A stretch of DNA of 32,000 nucleotides from Sinorhizobium meliloti. Its GTDB lineage: Bacteria; Pseudomonadota; Alphaproteobacteria; Rhizobiales; Rhizobiaceae. A program made the position numbers and the translations under genes. The stretch spans positions 3,510,001 to 3,542,000 of the forward strand of contig NZ_JAGIOS010000001.1 in NCBI RefSeq assembly GCF_017876815.1, in the 5' to 3' direction. Positions 8,361 to 15,562 of this stretch are shown piece by piece. Numbering within the stretch: the stretch's first letter is position 1; each line of letters starts with the position of its first letter. The notes below the pieces were generated by a model, which had not been told where the DNA came from, ran no database searches, and worked only from the letters and a program-made list of their open reading frames with translations.

Positions 8361-8386
8361 AAAAGAAAAAGCCGCCCGGAGGCGGC
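8361..8386 (-). terminator. tig intrinsic terminator
   Basis: GCCGCC-CGGA-GGCGGC hairpin 25 nt after the tig stop, followed on the minus strand by UUUUUCUUUU. Confidence 0.75.
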
Positions 8387-8410
8387 CTCTTCGTGTCCTG
8401 AGAGATGCGG

Positions 8411-9886
8411 TTACTCGGCGCTCTCGTCCGCAGCCTTCTTCTTGGCCGGGGCCTTCTTCTTCGGCGCGGCGGCTTCTTCGCCCTCGCCGGCTTCGGCCTT
8501 GGCGGCTGCCTTCTTCTTGGAGGCCGTCTTCTTGGCCGGCTTTTCGTCGCCCTCGTCGTCAGCCGTCAGCTCTTCCTTCGAGACCTTCTTGTCGGTCACC
8601 GAAACCTCGGTGAGCAGGTGGTCGACAACCTTCTCTTCGAAAAGCGGTGCGCGCAGCGAGGCGGCAGCACCGGGCGTGTTGCGGAAATATTCGAGGATTT
8701 CCTTTTCCTGGCCGGGGAACTGGCGCAGCTGCTCGAACAGCGAACGCTGCATCTCGTCATCGCTGACCTGAACGCCGGCCTTTTCGCCGATCTCGGAGAG
8801 AACCAGACCGAGGCGGACGCGACGCTCGGCGAGCTTGCGATATTCGGCTCGCGCTTCCTCTTCCGTCGTGTCTTCATCGGCGAAGGTCTTGCCGGCCTGC
8901 TGCAGGTCGGTGTTGATCTGGCGCCAGATGTTCTCGAACTCGGCATCGACGAGGCGCTCGGGTGTATCGAACTGATAGAGTTCGTCGAGCTGGTCGAGAA
9001 GCTGACGCTTGACCTTCTGGCGGGTGATCGAGCCGAACTGGCTTTCGATCTGGCCGCGGACGATTTCCTTCAGCTTGTCGACGGATTCGAGGCCGAGCTT
9101 CGTTGCGAGCTCGTCGTTGATCTCGATCGGGGCAGCGGCAGCGACGTCCTTGACGGTGATGTCGAAGGTCGCTTCCTTGCCGGCAAGGTTGGCTGCCGGA
9201 TAATCCGCCGGGAACGTGACCGTGATGGTCTTTTCATCGCCGGCCTTTACGCCGACAAGCTGCTCCTCGAAGCCCGGGATGAAGCGGTTGGACCCGAGCA
9301 CGAGCTCAGCATCTTCGTCCTTGCCGCCGTCGAAGGCTTCGCCGTCGACCTTGCCGAGATAGTCGACCGTGACGCGGTCGCCATTGGCAGCCTTGCCCTT
9401 CTTCGATTCGTAGGTGCGGGCGCTCTCGGCGATGCGCTGGATCTGCTCGTTGACTTCATCCTCGCTGACGTCGACGACCTCACGGGTGACCTTGATGCCG
9501 CTTGCATCCTTGAGTTCGATCGGCGGAATGATTTCGTAGGCGACCGTGAATTCGAAATCGGCTTGGGCGTTCAGGATCTTGTCGGCTTCCGCCTCGTCCT
9601 CGGTCATCGCGATTTCGGGCTGGGTTGCCGACTTCTCGCCGCGGCTCGTGAGGATTTCCGTCGGCTTTTCACGAACGATCTCGTTGACGAGATCGGCCAT
9701 GATCGACTTGCCGTAAACCTTCTTCAGGTGCGCAACCGGCACCTTGCCGGGACGGAAGCCATTGATGCGGACACGATCCTTCACCTCGACGAGGCGCTCG
9801 TTCATCCGAGCCTGCATTTCGTCGGCCGGGATAACGACCTTGAGTTCGCGCTTCAGCCCTTGAGCGAGCGTTTCGATAACCTGCAT
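8411..9886 (-). CDS. tig: Trigger factor (ribosome-associated peptidyl-prolyl isomerase)
   Basis: 491 aa starting [27 protein letters not shown]-like middle region ([19 protein letters not shown]). Lys/Ala-rich acidic tail. Confidence 0.93.
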
Positions 9887-10060
9887 GTTAAAACCTTCAC
9901 TTCACGTTGACAGTGCTCTTCCCTTGAAAGGCTAGGCGAGCACGTGAGCCGATCCATTTGCCGGGAGTGGCTTTACGCAATTCCGACCGCTTTGCAAGCA
10001 AAATGGCGCCTTGCCGGCCCTCCTCAGCGCCGAATACCGACGCGTGACTGCTATATCGTC

Positions 10061-10145
<85 letters not shown>

Positions 10146-10520
10146 CGTTCAGACGATCGCACCGCCCAAATCGCATTCCTCACAAGATTTCATCAGCGGA
10201 ATGCCGCGGATATTCTTGGGCCATGCGAAAGGTTCAGGGCTCCCGAGCGCGGCGTCTCTATAACACTCGTTTTCAACGGATCAAAGGGAAAATGCTCGCG
10301 CCCATTGCCCGCTCGCAGCCCGCGCTTCGAACGGCAAGCTTGAGGCTCCTTAGCAGAGGATGCCGGCAGAAACGTGATGCCGCGTCCCGACGCGTAACAG
10401 CCACTGGATCCGCGCCATCCATTGTCGGGACGGCGGACGGCCATCCGCGTTGCGCAATCCGCATATCTTCCATGTGGACATTGCACTGCACAAATCGATT
10501 TGAGGCCACTATATTCCAAT

Positions 10521-10737
10521 CATCGAGGCGCCGCGGTGATAGCCGGCCGGGCGCCGGCGGGAATGATCGCCCGCAGCGGGAAGTCCCGCAAAGATCCGGG
10601 CTTAAGCTCGACAGAATTCGAAGCAGCGCACTCCTCCTCCCATCGCCGCTTCGATGGATTGGCAACACTCCTCCTCCCGGTTGCCAATCGCCTTTATGAC
10701 GCCCGCCGGTCCTCCTCCCCCGACGGGCGTCATTTTC
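10521..10737 (+). ncRNA. CCUCCUCCC-motif sRNA, copy A (cuckoo / alpha-r14, NfeR1-like family), long form
   Basis: Three stem-loops each display CCTCCTCCC in the loop (10633-10641, 10670-10678, 10711-10719). The last is a GC stem followed by ATTTT. A CTATAT box lies at 10509-10514. The 5' end is estimated, and the core is 10620-10737. Confidence 0.75.
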
Positions 10738-10889
10738 CCTCAGATATCCCGGCGCATTTTGTATAACGATCCACTTGCCCATTATTTCGGCATTCTGTGA
10801 TCATTCGGCGCCTGAGCCATGCATCACTTGCATAGGTGCCATTCGCGGCAGCCCCTGGTAAAATCCGGGGGTTCGGCCTATATTCCAAT

Positions 10890-11018
10890 CATCGATCGGG
10901 CAGCGCACTCCTCCTCCCAGCGCGCCCGATACGGATTGGCGACACTCCTCCTCCCGGTTGCCAATCAGATCAAGCAACGCCCGCTGGACCTCCTCCCCCA
11001 GCGGGCGTTGTTTATTTC
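10890..11018 (+). ncRNA. CCUCCUCCC-motif sRNA, copy B (cuckoo / alpha-r14, NfeR1-like family)
   Basis: Same three-hairpin architecture, with CCTCCTCCC at 10910-10918, 10947-10955 and 10989-10997. Terminator AACGCCCGCTGG..CCAGCGGGCGTT followed by GTTTATTT. CTATAT lies at 10878-10883, and TATATTCCAATCATCGA is shared with copy A. About 129 nt. Confidence 0.8.
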
Positions 11019-11074
11019 TGCCTCCCCCCATCGCAGTGAAACCGAGAACCGCACGGCGGCGCGCCGCGTTCTAA

Positions 11075-11259
11075 GGTCTGTTGAGATTCGGGATACCCGG
11101 GGCGGCTTGTTTGATTCCCTCATCCCTGTGCTCGTCACAGGGATCCAGCCAGACCAAGTCCTTGGGCTGAAACAACGCTTCCCGCGCCGCAGACGCGGCG
11201 CTGCTGGATCTCTGTGACAAGCACAGAGATGAGGAGAGGAGAGATTGCAGACCTCCGAT
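11075..11259 (+). repeat. Dispersed ~187-bp three-hairpin intergenic repeat, copy A
   Basis: About 90% identical by eye to the reverse complement of 21631-21817. Internal hairpins are CCCTGTG-CTCGT-CACAGGG, GCGCCGC-AGAC-GCGGCGC and CTCTGTG-ACAAG-CACAGAG. ORFs across it look like translation artefacts (..LIPVLVTGIQ..). Confidence 0.85.
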
Positions 11260-11625
11260 ACGTTGTTTCCTGGGCCATGCAGTCGGCAATCTTGTCCGCA
11301 CCGCCCTGAACGCCGACAAACCCACGAGAGCCTCAACGCCATCATCTATCTCGCAGCAGCCGTCATAAACTCCAGATGAAATCTCAACAGGCCCTAAAAG
11401 ACCGCCACGGTCCTTGGAACGGTCTGGAAATGCGCAGGAAGCCCGCATCGGCACCAAAAGGTTAAGCCGCGGTTAACGCCGTTGAAAAGCTTTGCACGTC
11501 GCGCATGGGTGCGATGCAGCATTATCTCTGTAATCCCGGCTCAAACCGATTATATTCCGGTTCATAAGATGATGGCCAGCAAGAGAGATAGAGCGCTGGC
11601 GAACGACCTAGAAAGGAATAGGATC

Positions 11626-11769
11626 ATGAACCTCGCACGTTCTTTCAACAACTGGCGCAAGTATCGTCAGACCTGCAACGAACTCGGCCGCATGAGCGAC
11701 CGTGAGCTGACCGATCTCGGCATCGGCCGCGCAGACATCCCCTACGTTGCCCGTCAGGCAATCAAGTAA
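11626..11769 (+). CDS. DUF1127 domain small protein (47 aa)
   Basis: MNLARSFNNWRKYRQTCNELGRMSDRELTDLGIGRADIPYVARQAIK has the DUF1127 hallmark (W..YR.T..EL..LSDReL.DiGi.R.dI). AAGGAATAGGA RBS. Internal ATG of track ORF 11482..11769. Confidence 0.85.
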   Translation: MNLARSFNNWRKYRQTCNELGRMSDRELTDLGIGRADIPYVARQAIK

Positions 11770-11803
11770 GCATCAAAGCTTTCGCCAGATTGTGGCCTTT
11801 CAA

Positions 11804-11837
11804 ACGCCTTCCGGCTCCGCCGGTGGGCGTTTTTTTA
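11804..11837 (+). terminator. Intrinsic terminator after DUF1127 gene 1
   Basis: ACGCC..CCGG-CTCCG-CCGG..GGCGT hairpin followed by TTTTTTT. Confidence 0.75.
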
Positions 11838-12075
11838 TTCTGCTGGGCCGTTCTGATCTCGTGCAGTAGTCCCTGAGAAAGCAACTTAACCGATACTTGA
11901 TCGATGGCGCATTTTCGAGCCGGGCGAAATGCATGCTCACGAAATGATCGATGCACTGCACAAATGCATAGCAGATGCATCTACTTTGCACTCCATCTCC
12001 CAGTTAGACAAGCGTATAAGAACCTCAACGACGCAGACAATCACTGTCGCGAGCGATCTTCTTGAGGAAACGACC

Positions 12076-12219
12076 ATGAACCCGATTCGCATTGCAAAAA
12101 GCTGGATCAACTACCGCCGTACCGTTGCCGAGCTGGGCAGCCTTTCCAACCACGCTCTGAACGATATCGGCATTACCCGCTACGACATCCGCAACATCGC
12201 GGCTCGCTCCTTCCGCTAG
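12076..12219 (+). CDS. DUF1127 domain small protein (47 aa), paralog 2
   Basis: [52 protein letters not shown] lies 8 nt upstream. Internal ATG of track ORF 11929..12219. Confidence 0.85.
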   Translation: MNPIRIAKSWINYRRTVAELGSLSNHALNDIGITRYDIRNIAARSFR

Positions 12220-12246
12220 TCGGATCGAGTATTGCTTGGCTTGAAG

Positions 12247-12276
12247 ACGGCGCCCTCGGGCGCCGTTTTCGTTTCT
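12247..12276 (+). terminator. Intrinsic terminator after DUF1127 gene 2
   Basis: ACGGCGCC-CTCG-GGCGCCGT is a perfect 8-bp stem followed by TTTCGTTTC. Confidence 0.8.
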
Positions 12277-12311
12277 TGGAAGCGACGGATGCCTGTGGTA
12301 GGAAGCCGCCC

Positions 12312-13730
12312 ATGAACAAAACGACGTCCTCCCATTCGCCCATCCACGTCATCGGCGGCGGCCTCGCCGGGTCGGAAGCCGCCTGGCAGATCGCCGAAGC
12401 GGGCGTGCCGGTCATCCTGCATGAAATGCGCGGCGTGCGTGGCACCGATGCGCACAAGACCGAGAGCCTCGCCGAACTCGTCTGCTCAAATTCTTTCCGC
12501 TCCGACGATGCGACCAGCAATGCCGTCGGCGTGCTCCATGCGGAGATGCGTCTTGCGGGCTCCCTCATCATGCGATGCGCCGATCTCAACCAGGTGCCTG
12601 CAGGCGGTGCGCTCGCGGTCGACCGCGAAGGCTTTGCCGAGGCAGTCAGCGCAGCGATCGCAGACCATCCGCTGATCACGGTTCTTCGGGAAGAGATCCG
12701 GGGCCTGCCGCCGAAGGACTGGGATCTCGCCATCATTGCGACGGGCCCGCTGACAGCACCGGACCTCGCCGAGGCGATCCGCGCGGAGACCGGCGCCGAT
12801 GCCCTCGCCTTCTTCGACGCCATCGCACCGATCGTCCATGCCGACACGATCGACATGGATATCTGCTGGCACCAGTCGCGCTACGACAAGGTCGGCCCGG
12901 GCGGCACGGGCAAGGATTATATCAACTGCCCGCTCACACAGGAGCAGTATGACGCCTTCGTCGATGCGCTCATTGCCGGCGACAAGGCCGGCTTCAAGGA
13001 ATGGGAAGGCACGCCCTATTTCGACGGCTGCCTTCCGATCGAAGTGATGGCAGAGCGCGGCCGAGAGACCCTGCGTCACGGGCCGATGAAGCCGATGGGC
13101 CTCACCAATGCCCATAATCCGTCGGTCAAGCCCTATGCAGTAGTGCAGCTTAGGCAGGACAACGCGCTCGGCACGCTCTACAACATGGTCGGCTTCCAGA
13201 CGAAACTGAAATACGGCGCGCAAGGCGAAGTCTTCCGGATGATTCCGGGGCTCCAGAATGCCGAGTTTGCGAGGCTCGGCGGCCTGCACCGCAACACCTA
13301 TATCAACTCACCGACGCTCCTCGATCATTCGCTGACGCTCAAGTCACGTCCGGGACTGCGCTTTGCCGGCCAGATAACCGGCTGCGAGGGCTATGTGGAA
13401 AGCGCGAGCATCGGCCTCCTGGCGGGCCGCTTCGCCGCGGCGGAACGCAAAGGCGTGTCTCCCGTGCTACCGCCGGTGACCACGGCCTTCGGTGCTCTCC
13501 TCGATCACATCACCGGCGGCCACATCGTCTCCGACGACGAACCGGGCAAGCGCTCGTTCCAGCCGATGAATATCAATTTCGGGCTGTTTCCGCCGCTCGA
13601 GCCGGGCGCCCTGACAAGGCCGGAGGGTGCCAAACGCTTCCGGGGCAAGGAGAAGGCGCTCGCCAAGAAGCAGGCGATGGCATCGCGCGCGCTGAGCGAT
13701 TGCGCAAGCTGGCTCGACCAAGCCGTCTGA
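12312..13730 (+). CDS. trmFO: Methylenetetrahydrofolate--tRNA-(uracil54-C5)-methyltransferase TrmFO (Gid)
   Basis: 472 aa from ATG 12312 (AGGAAG upstream). The track start at 12276 lies inside the preceding terminator. FAD fold motif [14 protein letters not shown]. TrmFO-typical blocks ([24 protein letters not shown]). Confidence 0.9.
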   Translation: MNKTTSSHSPIHVIGGGLAGSEAAWQIAEAGVPVILHEMRGVRGTDAHKTESLAELVCSNSFRSDDATSNAVGVLHAEMRLAGSLIMRCADLNQVPAGGALAVDREGFAEAVSAAIADHPLITVLREEIRGLPPKDWDLAIIATGPLTAPDLAEAIRAETGADALAFFDAIAPIVHADTIDMDICWHQSRYDKVGPGGTGKDYINCPLTQEQYDAFVDALIAGDKAGFKEWEGTPYFDGCLPIEVMAERGRETLRHGPMKPMGLTNAHNPSVKPYAVVQLRQDNALGTLYNMVGFQTKLKYGAQGEVFRMIPGLQNAEFARLGGLHRNTYINSPTLLDHSLTLKSRPGLRFAGQITGCEGYVESASIGLLAGRFAAAERKGVSPVLPPVTTAFGALLDHITGGHIVSDDEPGKRSFQPMNINFGLFPPLEPGALTRPEGAKRFRGKEKALAKKQAMASRALSDCASWLDQAV

Positions 13731-13759
13731 CGAGAGATGAGAACTCCGGTTTCAACCGG

Positions 13760-14215
13760 TCACTCCAGACCCTGCGCCGCGTCACCCGCTACTTCCAACT
13801 CCGATTTCGGACTGAAAGTGCCGAGCAGCCAGAGCGAAACCTCGGCTGCCTCGGCGGCCGTCCGAAACTCGAAAGCATTGTCCAGATAGGCGAAATCCGG
13901 GAAGTGGACGATTAGCCCCCGCCCACTCTCGGACGTGTTGACCCGCACCTTGCCGGGCTGAATGACGTGGCAGACATAATGCGTGCCGTGCGATTGTATG
14001 AACCCGGCCTTGCCATCGTGCAGCCGCAGGAAGATCGCCGTTCTGTCGACGGTCGAATGCAGCGCCCGGATCGCTTCGTCGGGGAATGCCCGGCCGAATT
14101 CCACGATCGCCGACCCGGCATCCGGATTGTCGGCATCGCGCTCTGCACGTGCGTTCATCCGAATATAGAACAGGCAGACGGCGGCGATCGCCACCAGGAG
14201 CAGTAACCAAAGCAT
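13760..14215 (-). CDS. Hypothetical membrane-anchored protein (151 aa)
   Basis: N-terminal TM helix MLWLLLLVAIAAVCLFYI. AGGGA RBS about 9 nt upstream. Consistent coding look. No domain recognised by eye. Confidence 0.55.
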   Translation of the reverse strand: MLWLLLLVAIAAVCLFYIRMNARAERDADNPDAGSAIVEFGRAFPDEAIRALHSTVDRTAIFLRLHDGKAGFIQSHGTHYVCHVIQPGKVRVNTSESGRGLIVHFPDFAYLDNAFEFRTAAEAAEVSLWLLGTFSPKSELEVAGDAAQGLE

Positions 14216-14309
14216 TGCGTGGGTCCCTTGATAGCGACGGGATTCCGATTGAGGAGGGTCATATCCCGCGAGACTTGCGCCAGCGTGACGGCCGGGCGGC
14301 TAGCGAACG

Positions 14310-15152
14310 CTAAAACTCCCGGCGCCGGCTCGCCCGCCACATCCGCCATTGCCGCTGCCATTGCGGCGGCTGCAGTGACTGACGAAGGATTCGTGCTCCG
14401 GCGGCCTCCGCGCGATCGAACACCGGTTCGGCGAGGGCAACGGGAATGAACGCCGAGAAATTCCGGCCCGAGATCGCGCCTGCGCCTTCACGTGCCTTGG
14501 CGAGATGATCGCGGCCGAGGCCGCAGAAGGCGCGAACGGCCCTTTCGATCGCACTCTCGTCGGTCCCGGCAAGAAGCGTTTCCCTGTCGAGGCCCGTTGC
14601 GCTCAAAAGCTCGGCAGGAAGATAGACCTGGCCACGCCCGACATGAACCGGCAGAAGCAGCAGGAGACCGGCAACCGTCTGAGCAACCCCGGCATGGCCG
14701 GCTGCGTCTGCAGACCTCGCTGCGTTGTCGGGGTCCAGGATGAGAGATGAAAGCTGAATGAGTGCCGATGCGGTTTCGCCGGCATAACCCTCCAGCGCCG
14801 CCCTGTCCTGCATCGGGTCGTCGTAAAGATCGAAAATGCGTGCATCGATCATGTCCTGAAGGACGCGAACCGGAAGGTGATGCTCGCGAATGCAACGCAG
14901 GAGCGCTTCGGCCAGCGGATGCCCCGCGCCGTCGGACTGCTCGTTTTCGAGAGTGTCACGCCACCATTGCAGCCGGATCTCGCCCGGGAGCGGCTCCTTG
15001 ACCATGTCGCGGACACGGGCGATTTCCGCGTAAAAGGCATAGAGCGCCGCGAGCGAGTGGCGCTTCTCTGCCGGAGAAAGCAGACAGGCCAGGTAGCGAT
15101 CGCGGTCGGTGTCCCGCAAGGTTGCGAGAATCTGATCATCGGACTGTTGCAC
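14310..15152 (-). CDS. Squalene/phytoene synthase family protein (NDUFAF6-like)
   Basis: 280 aa. DRDRYLACLL..ALYAFYAEIARVRD..LQWWRD resembles the SQS/PSY fold signature of the short alphaproteobacterial members. Confidence 0.7.
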   Translation of the reverse strand: MQQSDDQILATLRDTDRDRYLACLLSPAEKRHSLAALYAFYAEIARVRDMVKEPLPGEIRLQWWRDTLENEQSDGAGHPLAEALLRCIREHHLPVRVLQDMIDARIFDLYDDPMQDRAALEGYAGETASALIQLSSLILDPDNAARSADAAGHAGVAQTVAGLLLLLPVHVGRGQVYLPAELLSATGLDRETLLAGTDESAIERAVRAFCGLGRDHLAKAREGAGAISGRNFSAFIPVALAEPVFDRAEAAGARILRQSLQPPQWQRQWRMWRASRRREF

Positions 15153-15173
15153 GCCGAGCTTCCTTCGAACGCC

Positions 15174-15560
15174 TCACACCGCGATCAATGCCGCGGCGAC
15201 GGCGCGCGATTCCGCCAGCATCACGTTATAGGTCCGCACCGCCGCCCCGGTGCTCATCGGATCGGACGAGATGTTGGCGGCCCTGAGCGCTTCCTTCAGG
15301 TCTCCCGGCAAGGGACGGATTTCCCGGCCGGTGCCGACGAGCAGCACCTCGACGTCACGCGCCTCATCGAAGATGCGCTGGAATTTCGCGACCGCGAGCA
15401 CGTCGCCTTCGGCAACGTCCCAGGCGTATATGCCGGAAGGCAGCATCAGAACCGACCCGCGATGCGACATATCGGCGAAGCGGAAGCCGCCATTGCCGTA
15501 GGCGTCGACAGGTGCGCGTCCTGGAAAGTGCGCTTCGCGCATTTCGATCCCTTTTGCCAT
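15174..15560 (-). CDS. Mth938-like domain protein (DUF498, NDUFAF3-like)
   Basis: About 128 aa from ATG 15560; the alternative GTG at 15566 overlaps the secDF stop. Pattern ..GGFRFADMSHRGSVLMLPSG..W......VEVLLVGTG...RPLP..L...L....I..D.M.T.AA.RTYN.L..E.R.VAAALI. Confidence 0.75.
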   Translation of the reverse strand: MAKGIEMREAHFPGRAPVDAYGNGGFRFADMSHRGSVLMLPSGIYAWDVAEGDVLAVAKFQRIFDEARDVEVLLVGTGREIRPLPGDLKEALRAANISSDPMSTGAAVRTYNVMLAESRAVAAALIAV

Positions 15561-15562
15561 GA

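Noticed and set aside
8405-9910. 501-aa ORF antisense to tig.
   Set aside because: Leu/Arg/Gly-rich low-complexity mirror of the trigger factor frame. tig is clearly the real gene.
10965-11457. ORFs 10965..11345, 11071..11457, 10819..11217 and 21501..21785 inside the dispersed repeat (peptides such as ..LIPVLVTGIQ.. and ..CDKHRDE..).
   Set aside because: They are translations of a hairpin-rich non-coding repeat present in two orientations. The reading frames are not preserved between the copies.
12276-12311. Upstream start for trmFO (track ORF start 12276).
   Set aside because: That start lies within the DUF1127 gene 2 terminator tail. ATG 12312 has an AGGAAG RBS and yields the usual N-terminus just before the [11 protein letters not shown] motif.
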